Source: a bacterium (GTDB taxonomy: Bacteria; Zhuqueibacterota; Zhuqueibacteria; Oceanimicrobiales; Oceanimicrobiaceae). From it: a DNA stretch of 47,822 nt. The stretch is taken from NCBI GenBank assembly GCA_046757025.1, contig JBHHXN010000022.1, positions 1 to 47,822 of the forward strand, given 5' to 3'. The translations under genes were made by a program, and so were the position numbers. The notes below the pieces were generated by a model. The model did no database searches. It worked only from the letters and a program-made list of their open reading frames with translations, and was not told the DNA's origin. Shown here piece after piece: positions 24,553 to 34,822 of the stretch (position 1 is the first letter of the stretch; each line of letters begins with the position of its first letter).

Positions 24553-24993
24553 ATGGATTTAGGTTCATTAAAATATGCTCCTGGTTCGAGAAAAAAACGG
24601 AAAAAAATTGGAAGAGGGCAAGGTTCCGGACATGGTGGAACGTCTGGACGGGGACATAAAGGTCAAAGATCCCGTTCTGGTTCAAAAAAGCGAGCTTGGT
24701 TTGAAGGTGGACAAATGCCCTTGCAGAGGCGTCTCCCGAAAAGAGGCTTTACCAATATTTTTAAGAAACAATTTCAAATTGTCAACATCAAAGATTTAGC
24801 CAAGTTGAGTAAAACCAAAGAGATCAATCCGCAGGTTTTGTTTGAAACCGGATTGATCAGCAAAAAGCATATTTCAGTAAAAATTTTAGGTGAAGGCGAA
24901 TTGAACAAAGCTTTGAGCATATCCGCCCATGCTTTTAGCGCCTCAGCAAAAGAGAAAATCGAAAAAGCAGGTGGGAAGGTAACCACGATATGA
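24553..24993 (+). CDS. rplO: 50S ribosomal protein L15
   Basis: GRGQGSG, FEGGQMPLQRRLPKRGF. Confidence 0.99.
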   Translation: MDLGSLKYAPGSRKKRKKIGRGQGSGHGGTSGRGHKGQRSRSGSKKRAWFEGGQMPLQRRLPKRGFTNIFKKQFQIVNIKDLAKLSKTKEINPQVLFETGLISKKHISVKILGEGELNKALSISAHAFSASAKEKIEKAGGKVTTI

Positions 24994-26327
24994 TTAAGGG
25001 ATTTCAAAGTATATTTAAAATTCCAGAATTAAAGCAACGGATAATTTTTACACTGTTGATTCTTGTCGTTTACCGAATTGGCGGCCACATCCCCATTCCG
25101 GGAATCAACAGCGAAGCATTGCTTGCGTTTTTTGATGAAGCCAGTGGTGGTCGCGGTTTGTTGAGCCTGTATGATTTATTTGCAGGTGGTGCGTTTCGAC
25201 GAGCTACGTTATTTGCTCTAGGGATTATGCCATATATCTCCGCTTCCATCATCATCCAGTTGCTGGGCGCCGTGGTACCCTATTTTCAGAAACTGCAAAA
25301 AGAGGGTGAAGAGGGCCGCAAGAAGATTACGCAATACACACGATACGGGACCGTGTTAATCGCCACCATGCAGGCTTATGGCGTCAGTGTGTTTTTAGAG
25401 AGCATAAGAACCAACGCCAATCTGGCCGTGGTACCGGATCCGGGGTGGGGATTTAGAATGCTGACCATGGTTACCCTGGCTGCGGGTACGGTGCTGATCA
25501 TGTGGCTCGGTGAACAGATTGACGAAAGAGGCATCGGTAATGGCATTTCGCTGATTATTTTCATCGGCATTATCGCTACCTTACCCAACGCCATAATCGA
25601 TGAAATTCAGCAATATCAAATGGGCAACCGCATGCTAATAGCGGAAGTCTTTTTAATCGGGTTAATGTTATTGACCATTGCAGCGGTGGTGGCCATGACG
25701 CAAGGAACGCGTAAAATACCGGTGCAATATGCCAAACGAGTGGTGGGGCGAAAAGTTTACGGCGGCCAAAGTACGCATATTCCGCTCCGTGTCAACACCG
25801 CGGGAGTCATGCCGATTATTTTTGCCCAGTCGATCATGTTTGTACCGCAAACGGTTTTGACGTTTTTCCCCAACAGCGAGTTCATGAATACCATTGCCCG
25901 ATATTTTGATTTTCAATCGGTGGTGTACTGGATTTTTTACGGGCTGCTGATCGTCTTTTTCACTTATTTCTACACCGCCATCGCGTTTAATCCCGTGGAT
26001 GTGGCGGACAATATGAAAAAATACGGCGGATTTATTCCAGGTGTGCGACCCGGGAAAAGAACGGCAGAATTTATTGACAACATTTTAACAAGAATTACTT
26101 TACCGGGCTCTTTCGCGCTGGCGATAATTGCCATCTTTCCCTACATTATAACCAAATTTATGAATGTCTCATTTAATTTTGCATCTTTTTATGGCGGGAC
26201 TTCATTGCTGATTATCGTGGGTGTCGCGCTCGATACTCTTCAGCAATTGGAGTCACACCTGCTTATGCGGCATTATGATGGATTCATGAAAGGGAGTGGG
26301 AAAATAAGAGGTCGAAAACGATTTTAA
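24990..26327 (+). CDS. secY: Preprotein translocase subunit SecY
   Basis: FALGIMPYISASII, GIGNGISLIIF, IPGVRPG, GGTSLLIIVGV; ATGA overlap with rplO. Confidence 0.99.
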   Translation: MIKGFQSIFKIPELKQRIIFTLLILVVYRIGGHIPIPGINSEALLAFFDEASGGRGLLSLYDLFAGGAFRRATLFALGIMPYISASIIIQLLGAVVPYFQKLQKEGEEGRKKITQYTRYGTVLIATMQAYGVSVFLESIRTNANLAVVPDPGWGFRMLTMVTLAAGTVLIMWLGEQIDERGIGNGISLIIFIGIIATLPNAIIDEIQQYQMGNRMLIAEVFLIGLMLLTIAAVVAMTQGTRKIPVQYAKRVVGRKVYGGQSTHIPLRVNTAGVMPIIFAQSIMFVPQTVLTFFPNSEFMNTIARYFDFQSVVYWIFYGLLIVFFTYFYTAIAFNPVDVADNMKKYGGFIPGVRPGKRTAEFIDNILTRITLPGSFALAIIAIFPYIITKFMNVSFNFASFYGGTSLLIIVGVALDTLQQLESHLLMRHYDGFMKGSGKIRGRKRF

Positions 26328-26374
26328 TTTGACAACATTTTGATTTGGATTTTTAGAAGGCGTTTAATAGTTGA

Positions 26375-27124
26375 ATGATTCATATTTATGGTAAAAAAGA
26401 AATTGACTTGATTCGCGCCAGTTGTCAAATTGTTGTGGAGACCTTCAAATTAGTGGATAAACTCATTAGACCTGGAATCGAAACAATTGAAATCGATAAA
26501 GAAATTGAGAATTTTATTCGATCAAAAGCAGCGAAACCGGCCTTCAAGGGCTACAACGGTTTTCCTGCCAGCTCGTGCATTTCCATTGAAGACGAAGTGG
26601 TCCATGGAATTCCGAGTAAAAGACCATTAAATGAAGGTGAAATTGTCAGCATCGACATTGGAGTTGAATTCGAAGGTTTTTTCGGCGACAGCGCTAAAAC
26701 GTATGCCGTCGGGCAGGTTTCGAGCACCAAGAGGCGTTTAATGGACGTCACCTTGCATGCTTTGTATGAAGGACTCAACCAGGCGAAAGTGGGCGGCAGG
26801 TTGTCGAATATTTCACACCGAATTCAAACGGTGGTTGAAAGCGCCAATTTTTCTGTAGTCAGAGATCTGGTGGGACATGGAGTGGGTCGAAAATTACACG
26901 AAGATCCGCAAATTCCAAATTACGGCCTGCCGAACTCAGGCCCCCGCCTGCGTCGGGGGATGGTTCTGGCAATTGAACCCATGGTTTGTTCTGGAAGGTA
27001 TGAAGTTCAAACTAAATCAGATAAATGGACCGTAGTGACAGAGGACAGCTCGCCGGCAGCGCATTTTGAGCATACCATCGTTGTTACGGACTCTGAACCA
27101 GAAATACTAACTTTGAGCAATTAG
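26375..27124 (+). CDS. map: Methionine aminopeptidase, type I
   Basis: VVHGIP, SIDIG..GDSA, GHGVG..LHEDP, AIEPM, AHFEHT. Confidence 0.97.
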   Translation: MIHIYGKKEIDLIRASCQIVVETFKLVDKLIRPGIETIEIDKEIENFIRSKAAKPAFKGYNGFPASSCISIEDEVVHGIPSKRPLNEGEIVSIDIGVEFEGFFGDSAKTYAVGQVSSTKRRLMDVTLHALYEGLNQAKVGGRLSNISHRIQTVVESANFSVVRDLVGHGVGRKLHEDPQIPNYGLPNSGPRLRRGMVLAIEPMVCSGRYEVQTKSDKWTVVTEDSSPAAHFEHTIVVTDSEPEILTLSN

Positions 27125-27130
27125 ACAATT

Positions 27131-27349
27131 ATGGCCAAAGAAGCCCCCATTAAAGTAGACGGCACGATTGTGGAAACACTGCCAAACGCAACTTTCAGGG
27201 TGGAGTTGGAAAATGGTCACAAGGTGTTGGCACATATTTCAGGTAAAATGAGAATGCACTTTATCAAAATACTGCCAGGTGACAAAGTCAGCATAGAGCT
27301 TTCGCCGTATGATTTGAGCCGCGGAAGAATCGTTTACAGATATAAATAA
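27131..27349 (+). CDS. infA: Translation initiation factor IF-1
   Basis: [31 protein letters not shown]. Confidence 0.99.
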   Translation: MAKEAPIKVDGTIVETLPNATFRVELENGHKVLAHISGKMRMHFIKILPGDKVSIELSPYDLSRGRIVYRYK

Positions 27350-27358
27350 GGATTGGTA

Positions 27359-27472
27359 ATGAAAGTTCGATCATCTCTAAAAAAAATTTGCGATAATTGT
27401 AAAATTATAAGAAGGAAAGGTCGGCTTTATGTGATCTGCAAAAACCCGCGACATAAACAGCGCCAGGGTTAA
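27359..27472 (+). CDS. rpmJ: 50S ribosomal protein L36 (below the ORF-track length cutoff)
   Basis: Manual translation [41 protein letters not shown] Zn ligands; position after infA. Confidence 0.98.
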   Translation: MKVRSSLKKICDNCKIIRRKGRLYVICKNPRHKQRQG

Positions 27473-27519
27473 GCATAAAAGCAGACCGAATAGATGGATA
27501 AAAGTAATGGAGGAACATT

Positions 27520-27885
27520 TTGGCTAGAATAGCTGGTGTCGATTTACCAAAAGACAAAAGAATTGAAATTGGACTGACTTACATTTACGGCATAGGTCTT
27601 TCCAGCTCAAGGAAAATACTGGAACAAAGCGGGGTCAATCCGGACATCCGTGTTAAAGATTTATCCAGTGAAGATGTGACAAAAATTAGAAACATCGTCA
27701 CCAAAGATTATAAAGTTGAGGGAGCCTTGCGGACGGAAGTAACCATGAATGTCAAGCGACTTATGGATATCGGCTGCTATCGGGGTTTGCGCCACAGAAG
27801 AGGCTTGCCGGTGAGGGGGCAGCGCACGCATACGAACGCACGCACGAGAAGGGGTCGAAGAACGGTTGTTGGTGGACGTAAGTAA
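27520..27885 (+). CDS. rpsM: 30S ribosomal protein S13 (TTG start)
   Basis: [26 protein letters not shown]. Confidence 0.99.
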   Translation: MARIAGVDLPKDKRIEIGLTYIYGIGLSSSRKILEQSGVNPDIRVKDLSSEDVTKIRNIVTKDYKVEGALRTEVTMNVKRLMDIGCYRGLRHRRGLPVRGQRTHTNARTRRGRRTVVGGRK

Positions 27886-27936
27886 TAGAGAAATTAATAG
27901 TTAAATTGCAATAAAGATTAATCAGGATAAAAAATA

Positions 27937-28326
27937 ATGCCACCTCCCAGAAAACAAAAAGCACGAAAAAAAGAAAAAGTCGAAGCGAATGGCGTTGCTC
28001 ATATCAAAGCCACCTTTAATAATACTATCGTGACCTTGACCGATCAGTATGGCAATGTGATATCTTGGGCAGCAGCGGGTAAAATTGGTTTCAAAGGTTC
28101 TCGCAAGAGTACGCCGTTTGCCGCACAGTTGTCAGCAGAATCCGCCGCCAAAGCGGCCATGGAATTGGGTCTGCAAAAAGTGGAAGTTTTAATTAAAGGG
28201 CCAGGCGCCGGCAGAGAATCTGCAGTGAGAGCTTTGCAAGCTGCTGGTCTGGAAATTACTGCAATTAAAGATGTTACGCCGATACCGCATAACGGGTGTC
28301 GGCCACCAAAGCGACGACGAGTTTAG
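27937..28326 (+). CDS. rpsK: 30S ribosomal protein S11
   Basis: [31 protein letters not shown]. Confidence 0.99.
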   Translation: MPPPRKQKARKKEKVEANGVAHIKATFNNTIVTLTDQYGNVISWAAAGKIGFKGSRKSTPFAAQLSAESAAKAAMELGLQKVEVLIKGPGAGRESAVRALQAAGLEITAIKDVTPIPHNGCRPPKRRRV

Positions 28327-28357
28327 TCAAATCAAATATTGGAGGTTCAATAACTAA

Positions 28358-28987
28358 ATGGCAAGATATGTAGGGCCAGTATGCAAATTGTGTCGAAGAG
28401 AAGAGCAGAAGCTTTTTCTAAAAGGCTCAAAATGTACCTCGCCGAAATGTCCGATTGATAAAAAGAATTATCCACCCGGACAACACGGTACGCGAAGACG
28501 TTTTAAGCAATCTGAATATGGGATTCAGCTGCGTGAAAAACAAAAAGTACGTCGAATTTACGGTCTGTTAGAAAAACAGTTCCGAATCTTTTTTGCAAAA
28601 GCCGAGCGTCAGAAAGGGATTACCAGCGAAATTTTGCTGCAGCTTTTGGAAAGACGCCTGGACAATGTGGTTTATCGACTGGGCTTTGCACCTTCCCGAA
28701 AAAGTGCACGACAGCTTATTTTGCATCGACATTTTTTAGTCAATGACAGAACCGTCAACATTCCGTCTTATATTTTAAATGCCGGGGATGTTGTTCAAGT
28801 TAAGGAAAAAAGTAAAAAGTTTGAGATGATTCATGCATCGATGCGACGAATGCGGGAAGGTCGACTGTTGCCCTGGCTCGAGCTGGACAAAGCCAGCATG
28901 AAAGGCTCACTGCTGAATATTCCCTCACGTGCTGACATTCCGTTAGATGCCAATGAATCGTTAATAGTTGAATTATATTCTAAATAA
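28358..28987 (+). CDS. rpsD: 30S ribosomal protein S4 (Cys/Zn-motif form)
   Basis: [36 protein letters not shown]. Confidence 0.99.
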   Translation: MARYVGPVCKLCRREEQKLFLKGSKCTSPKCPIDKKNYPPGQHGTRRRFKQSEYGIQLREKQKVRRIYGLLEKQFRIFFAKAERQKGITSEILLQLLERRLDNVVYRLGFAPSRKSARQLILHRHFLVNDRTVNIPSYILNAGDVVQVKEKSKKFEMIHASMRRMREGRLLPWLELDKASMKGSLLNIPSRADIPLDANESLIVELYSK

Positions 28988-29018
28988 CCCAAGTAGTTAA
29001 AACGGAGAAATAAAGTAT

Positions 29019-30005
29019 ATGAATTGGCCTAATTTGCAAATGCCAGAAAGCATCGAATTAGATGAAGCCACTTACACAAACAACCACGGTAAATTCATCG
29101 TCCAACCTCTTGAACGAGGATTTGGGGTGACCATAGGCAATGCTCTGAGAAGAGTGCTTCTTTCTTCCTTACCGGGCGCCGCGATTACCATGATTCGTGT
29201 GGATAACGTACTGCACGAGTTGTCTAACATTCCCGGAGTCGTGGAAGATTTAGCGGAAATAATCCTGAATTTAAAAGAAGTTAGATTCAAATTGATTACT
29301 AAGCGCCCGGACAAAGTAACCATTCATTTAAAGGGACCGGGTAAATTCAAGGCTGGAGACATTCAGAATGGAACAACCGAATTCGAAATACTCAATCCCG
29401 AAAGGCACATTGCCACTTTGAACGATTCTGCTGAGTTTGATATGGAAATACGAATCGGCAGGGGCCACGGGTACGTGCCGGCGGAAGATAGTAAACAGCC
29501 CGATCAACCCATTGGTTCCATCCCCATCGATGCGATTTACACACCGATTAAAAATGTTTCGTATCAAGTCGAAAACACACGCCTGGGACACAGAACGGAT
29601 TATGAAAAGCTCATTCTGGATGTGGAAACCGATGGCAGTGTCACCCCCGACGATGCCTTAACTTATGCCGCGAAGATTCTGAAAGATCACATTCAATTGT
29701 TCATTAATTTCGATATCGAACCGGAAGAAGAAGAATCCGTCGAAGTGGACGAAGAGGTGCTGCATATTCGAAAACTCTTGAAAATGCCCGTGGATGAACT
29801 TGAATTGTCGGTTCGTTCTTATAATTGTTTGATGGCGGCTAATATCAAATATATCGGTGATTTGGTTAAACGAGATGAACAAGAAATGCTGAAGTTCAGA
29901 AATTTCGGTCGAAAATCTTTACAGGAATTGACTAAAATATTAGAAGAAAAAGGTCTCAGTTTTGGAATGAATACCGCCAAATATTTAAAGGGCGACACGG
30001 AATAG
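29019..30005 (+). CDS. rpoA: RNA polymerase alpha subunit
   Basis: PLERGFGVTIGNALRRVLLSS, ELELSVRSYNCL, NFGRKSL. Confidence 0.99.
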   Translation: MNWPNLQMPESIELDEATYTNNHGKFIVQPLERGFGVTIGNALRRVLLSSLPGAAITMIRVDNVLHELSNIPGVVEDLAEIILNLKEVRFKLITKRPDKVTIHLKGPGKFKAGDIQNGTTEFEILNPERHIATLNDSAEFDMEIRIGRGHGYVPAEDSKQPDQPIGSIPIDAIYTPIKNVSYQVENTRLGHRTDYEKLILDVETDGSVTPDDALTYAAKILKDHIQLFINFDIEPEEEESVEVDEEVLHIRKLLKMPVDELELSVRSYNCLMAANIKYIGDLVKRDEQEMLKFRNFGRKSLQELTKILEEKGLSFGMNTAKYLKGDTE

Positions 30006-30021
30006 GAAAAGGATCGAAAAC

Positions 30022-30471
30022 ATGCGCCATAGAAAAGACATAAAAAAATTGAGTCGCACAGCAAGCCATAGAAAGGCTTTACTCTCCAATATTGCGACAT
30101 CTTTGTTTGAGCACAAACACATTCGCACTTCCCTGGTTAAAGCCAAAGCTGCGAAAAGAACTGTGGACAGACTCATTACTTTCGCAAAGAGCGGCACGGT
30201 GGCCGATAGACGACAGGTGTTAAAAATCATCCACGACAAAAATATTGTACAGAATTTGTTCGAAGAAATTGCGCCAATTTATAAAGATCGAAACGGCGGT
30301 TATTCAAGAGTCATCAAGATCGGCAGACGTCGCGGCGATGGGGCCGAATTAGCCATCTTAGAGTTAGTTGGCTACGAAGGCGTTCAGGTGGAAAAGCAAA
30401 AAGCCCTTGATGAGGCTAAGGCAAAAAAGAAAAAGCAGAAGGAAGAAAAAGCAGAAAAAGATGCTGAATAA
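30022..30471 (+). CDS. rplQ: 50S ribosomal protein L17 with charged C-terminal tail
   Basis: MRHR..LSRTASHRKALL, RNGGYSR, RRGDGA. Confidence 0.99.
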   Translation: MRHRKDIKKLSRTASHRKALLSNIATSLFEHKHIRTSLVKAKAAKRTVDRLITFAKSGTVADRRQVLKIIHDKNIVQNLFEEIAPIYKDRNGGYSRVIKIGRRRGDGAELAILELVGYEGVQVEKQKALDEAKAKKKKQKEEKAEKDAE

Positions 30472-30512
30472 GCGATCATGACTAAATGGAGTTTAAAATC
30501 GAATATATTTTT

Positions 30513-30548
30513 AAGCCGATTGTAAAATTAAGCAGTCGGCTTTTTTTG
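30513..30548 (+). terminator. Intrinsic terminator ending the ribosomal superoperon
   Basis: AAGCCGATTG..CAGTCGGCTT stem (one G-U) followed by T7. Confidence 0.8.
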
Positions 30549-30603
30549 TTTAAACCTCAAAAATTGCTGCCATGCGAAAATCATGTATTTAGTGAGATGA
30601 CGA

Positions 30604-32265
30604 ATGAATGAATATCAACCTGTAACGGCTCCAAGAAGTTTATCGTTGCAATGCAAAGGCTGGGGGCAGGAAGCGGCCATGCGTATGTTGATGAACAATT
30701 TAGATCCGGCGGTGGCGGAAGCGCCCGAACAATTGATAATTTATGGCGGAACCGGCAAAGCCGCCCGAAATTGGGATTGTTACCATGCCATAATTGCTGC
30801 ACTCAAAGCCCTTGAAAACAATGAAACTTTGCTGGTGCAATCTGGCAAACCAGTGGGGGTTTTTAAAACGCACACGTATGCGCCTCGAGTGCTCATCGCC
30901 AACGCGCTTCTTGTGCCAGCGTGGGCAACCTCTGAATACTTCAGGGATTTAGAAGACCGCGGACTGATCATGTACGGTCAGATGACCGCTGGAAGCTGGA
31001 TTTACATCGGCACCCAGGGCATTTTGCAGGGTACATACGAAACTTTTGCTGCTGCCGCTAAAAAGCATTTTGGGGGCCATCTGTATGGCAAACTGCTCGT
31101 ATCTGGCGGTTTAGGCGGAATGGGGGGAGCCCAGCCTTTGGCGGCCACCATGAATGGCGCGGCATTTCTGGGAATCGAAGTGGATAAACATCGAATTGAA
31201 CGCCGAATTCAAGCGGGTTACTGTGAAAAAATGACCGAATCGTTGGACGAGGCCCTCGCGTGGGTGCTGGATGCCAGAGAAAAAAAACAACCCCTTTCTG
31301 TGGCGCTACTGGGCAATTGTGCAGAAGTCTTGCCAGAATTGGTAAAGAGGGATGTTGTGCCGGATGTCTTGTCCGATCAGACCTCTGCACACGATGAGCT
31401 GCATGGTTATGTGCCGGCGGGTATGTCTTATCAGGCAGCCCTGACATTAAGAAGCTCGAATCCGGATGAGTACATTCGTCGAAGTTATGAGTCCATGGCG
31501 AAGCACGTACAGGCCATGTTGGACTTGCAGGCCAGGGGCGCCGTGACCTTTGATTATGGCAACAATATTCGCGGTCAGGCTTTTAAAGCGGGATTAAAAA
31601 ATGCGTTTGATTTCCCCGGGTTTGTGCCAGAGTATATTCGACCGCTGTTTTGTGAGGGTAAAGGACCCTTCCGCTGGGCAGCCCTGTCAGGGCTTGAAGA
31701 AGATATTTACAAAACCGACGAAACGGTCTTAAAATTGTTTCCGGAGGATCAGGCGCTTTCACGCTGGATCAAACTGGCCAGGGAAAAAATTCCGTTTCAA
31801 GGATTGCCATCCAGAATCTGCTGGTTAGGCTACGGCGATCGGGCTAAATTCGGTTTAGCCATCAACGATTTGGTAGCAAATGGCGAAATCAAAGCGCCCA
31901 TAGTCATCGGCCGCGATCACCTGGATACCGGTTCGGTGGCCTCTCCTAATCGCGAAACCGAAGGCATGCGTGATGGCTCGGATGCCGTGGCAGATTGGCC
32001 CATCTTAAATGCACTACTGAATGCCTCTTCCGGCGCTACTTGGGTTTCGGTACATCATGGCGGCGGTGTGGGTATCGGCAACTCCATTCATGCGGGACAG
32101 GTTATTGTTGCGGACGGTACGAAAGAGGCAGCCGAACGCTTGCAGCGAGTGCTGACAAACGATCCCGGAATCGGTGTGGCCCGACACGCAGATGCTGGTT
32201 ATGGGCAAGCCATCAAGACAGCGCGCAAAAAAAACATTAAAATTCCCATGTTACAAAATGACTGA
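30604..32265 (+). CDS. hutU: Urocanate hydratase
   Basis: [60 protein letters not shown]. Confidence 0.98.
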   Translation: MNEYQPVTAPRSLSLQCKGWGQEAAMRMLMNNLDPAVAEAPEQLIIYGGTGKAARNWDCYHAIIAALKALENNETLLVQSGKPVGVFKTHTYAPRVLIANALLVPAWATSEYFRDLEDRGLIMYGQMTAGSWIYIGTQGILQGTYETFAAAAKKHFGGHLYGKLLVSGGLGGMGGAQPLAATMNGAAFLGIEVDKHRIERRIQAGYCEKMTESLDEALAWVLDAREKKQPLSVALLGNCAEVLPELVKRDVVPDVLSDQTSAHDELHGYVPAGMSYQAALTLRSSNPDEYIRRSYESMAKHVQAMLDLQARGAVTFDYGNNIRGQAFKAGLKNAFDFPGFVPEYIRPLFCEGKGPFRWAALSGLEEDIYKTDETVLKLFPEDQALSRWIKLAREKIPFQGLPSRICWLGYGDRAKFGLAINDLVANGEIKAPIVIGRDHLDTGSVASPNRETEGMRDGSDAVADWPILNALLNASSGATWVSVHHGGGVGIGNSIHAGQVIVADGTKEAAERLQRVLTNDPGIGVARHADAGYGQAIKTARKKNIKIPMLQND

Positions 32266-33529
32266 GTCGCAAGATTCACCCATCACAGCAGACTTGTTGA
32301 TTAAAAACGCTTCTGAGTTAGCCACGGCTGTGCAAAATCCGCACTTTGCCCCAGGGGAATTTTTTCAAATTGAAAACGGGGCATTAGCCGCTTTAGAGGG
32401 AAAAATTGTGGCAGTTGGCCACACCAGCGAGATCGAAAAACAACTAAAGTTGTCGCCCCAGGCTGCAGTGATTGACGCAACCGGGCAAACAATTACGCCT
32501 GGCTTTGTAGATTGTCACACTCATCCGGTGTTTCACGGCACTCGGGAGCACGAATTTGAAATGCGCATCGCAGGTAAAAGTTATGAAGAAATCGCCAGGG
32601 CGGGCGGTGGCATTCGTTCCAGTGTGCGCAAAGTGCGTGCAGCTTCAAGGCAGCAGTTGTTTGATGAGGCCATTCTCCGCCTCCATCGTTTTTTGTCACT
32701 TGGAACCACCACCATTGAGGCGAAAAGTGGCTACGGACTCACCCTGAAAGAGGAGTTGAAAATACTTGATGTGATACATGAGCTAAAGGATGCACATGTA
32801 CTGGATATTGTCCCAACATTTCTTGGTGCTCATGAGATACCGGATGAATATCGTTCAAATAAGTCTGAATATATCGATTTGGTTATTCAACAAATGATCC
32901 CGGAGGTAGTAAAAAGTAACTTAGCCGAATTCTGTGATGTTTTTTGTGAATCCAGCGTGTTTAACGTAAATGAGTCACGCCAGATTTTACAAGCCGCTAA
33001 AAACGCGGGCTTGGATTTGAAAATTCATGCGGATCAATTAACGCGCACAGGAGGGACTGCGCTGGCTGCCGAGTTGGAAGCTGTTTCTGCGGATCATTTA
33101 GAATATTCCACTGAGGAAGACTGGCATCAAATGAAAACACACCGGGTCGTACCAGTCCTGTTGCCTGGAGCGGTCTTTTTTATTGGCAAAGACCGCTATG
33201 CGCCTGCCCGAGAGATGTTAAATGCGGGTTTGCCGGTTGCAGTAGCCACGGATTTTAATCCCGGATCCTGCATGTCCGAGTCAATGCCTTTCATGTTAAC
33301 TTTGAGCTGCCTGAAGTTAGGTTTGCGACCGCACGAAGCGCTGACCGCGGCCACTTATCACGCAGCTTTAGCGGTAAATAGAGGGAACTTGTTGGGTACT
33401 CTGGAAGTAGGAAAGAAAGCCGATGTGGTGATATGGAATTGTCCCAATCACAAACATCTACCATACCATTTTGGGGTGAACTTAGTCAGCACCGTTATCA
33501 AATCAGGTGTCGTGGTTTGGGAGAATTAA
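32258..33529 (+). CDS. hutI: Imidazolonepropionase (true start probably ATG 32258, overlapping the hutU end)
   Basis: [45 protein letters not shown]; adjacent to hutU. Confidence 0.95.
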   Translation: MTESQDSPITADLLIKNASELATAVQNPHFAPGEFFQIENGALAALEGKIVAVGHTSEIEKQLKLSPQAAVIDATGQTITPGFVDCHTHPVFHGTREHEFEMRIAGKSYEEIARAGGGIRSSVRKVRAASRQQLFDEAILRLHRFLSLGTTTIEAKSGYGLTLKEELKILDVIHELKDAHVLDIVPTFLGAHEIPDEYRSNKSEYIDLVIQQMIPEVVKSNLAEFCDVFCESSVFNVNESRQILQAAKNAGLDLKIHADQLTRTGGTALAAELEAVSADHLEYSTEEDWHQMKTHRVVPVLLPGAVFFIGKDRYAPAREMLNAGLPVAVATDFNPGSCMSESMPFMLTLSCLKLGLRPHEALTAATYHAALAVNRGNLLGTLEVGKKADVVIWNCPNHKHLPYHFGVNLVSTVIKSGVVVWEN

Positions 33530-33586
33530 ATTAACACCCTGCTTAATTAAAAAATGCTTATCAAGAAAACGAGGAACGTAATCTTT

Positions 33587-34810
33587 ATGCGTGAATGGAA
33601 GTATATTAAATTTTCTTTGATTGCATCGATAATGACGATGATGATCTCATATTTAGCCTGCAGCAACGACATGCCTATCCAGGGATTGGATTTAGCTAAT
33701 TCCGATGAAATCGGTATCATCGATAGTACGAGTATCACCACTTTATCTCTGGAAGAAGCCATTAATGATACCCTGAATCCTACTGGTTCCAGTCCCTTTT
33801 TGTTGCTCGGCGAAAGCGACAACTTTTCGACACAGATATTATTGAAATTCGACAATTTACCTGATAGCATCGAGGATGTGACGCATGCCGCAATTATTTT
33901 AAAAACGAATGCGTTGTTGGGACGCAAAGATACCAAGCGCTCCTTTACTGCCAGTGTACATCAAATCACCACTGCCTGGGAAGAAAATAAGGTCACTGTC
34001 GAGAATTTTCAAGATGCCTATGATTTGACCAATCTTGGCACCGCCGAAATGTTATCTGTAGATCGGGAGTTTTTCAACGGCGACTCCGTAACCTTTGAAA
34101 AGGTACGAATTGAATTAACTTCCGAGGCCGTAGAGATAGTTGAGAGCTGGGCGGATAGTACTTCCGGTGTTGAAAATGATGGTTTTTTGATTGATCATGA
34201 AAACAGTGATTTCATCAAAGAGTTCTTTTCCAAGGAAAATGTAAGCCACTTCCCAATATTGGAAATCGGAGTCGTGCGCAATGGCCGAAGCGACACGCTT
34301 CAGATCAATGCTACTGAGGACGCTTTTCTCGCTAAAAATGACGAAATTTTACCGGACGGACCGTTGTATGTGGACAACATTTATTCCCGCCAGGCCATTT
34401 TAAAATTTGACTTTTCCCAAATACCACGAGAATCAACGGTGAGCCGGGCTACTCTGGAAATGAACGTTTTTAACCAAAACAATGTGATTACAGATGAAGG
34501 ATTTACCTTGATAATCAACCGATTAGCCAAACCATTCGAATCTCTGGACTCGTTGAGTATCGAATCGGGCGTTTCCGCAATTGTCAGTTCGGTTGGTAAA
34601 AATGCTACACAGATATCCATCCCTATTGGCGGATTAATTCAAAGCTGGGTAAATCAAACAGAAGATAATTATGGATTTATCATCCGCGCAGGCACCCCGG
34701 GCCGGGATATTTCCCGCGTGGCATTCTTTTCCACAGCCATGGATCCTGAAAAAGCCCCGAAAATAGTGGTCGATTTTACTGTGGCGCCTTCCATTCCGTA
34801 TCAAAATTAA
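33587..34810 (+). CDS. Acidic lipoprotein with two DNRLRE/DUF4270-like beta-sandwich repeats (possible BAM-associated surface lipoprotein)
   Basis: Signal peptide MREWKYIKF..SYLA|C lipobox; GAGGA SD before ATG 33587; repeated motifs ILLKFD..VTHAAI..W..NDGFLI and ILKFDF..VSRATL..SW..NYGFII..P.IVV. Confidence 0.7.
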   Translation: MREWKYIKFSLIASIMTMMISYLACSNDMPIQGLDLANSDEIGIIDSTSITTLSLEEAINDTLNPTGSSPFLLLGESDNFSTQILLKFDNLPDSIEDVTHAAIILKTNALLGRKDTKRSFTASVHQITTAWEENKVTVENFQDAYDLTNLGTAEMLSVDREFFNGDSVTFEKVRIELTSEAVEIVESWADSTSGVENDGFLIDHENSDFIKEFFSKENVSHFPILEIGVVRNGRSDTLQINATEDAFLAKNDEILPDGPLYVDNIYSRQAILKFDFSQIPRESTVSRATLEMNVFNQNNVITDEGFTLIINRLAKPFESLDSLSIESGVSAIVSSVGKNATQISIPIGGLIQSWVNQTEDNYGFIIRAGTPGRDISRVAFFSTAMDPEKAPKIVVDFTVAPSIPYQN

Positions 34811-34822
34811 AGGACTGTATTT

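Noticed and set aside
32174..32257. Apparent N-terminal extension of HutI
   Set aside because: Lies inside hutU; ATG 32258 gives a normal coupled start
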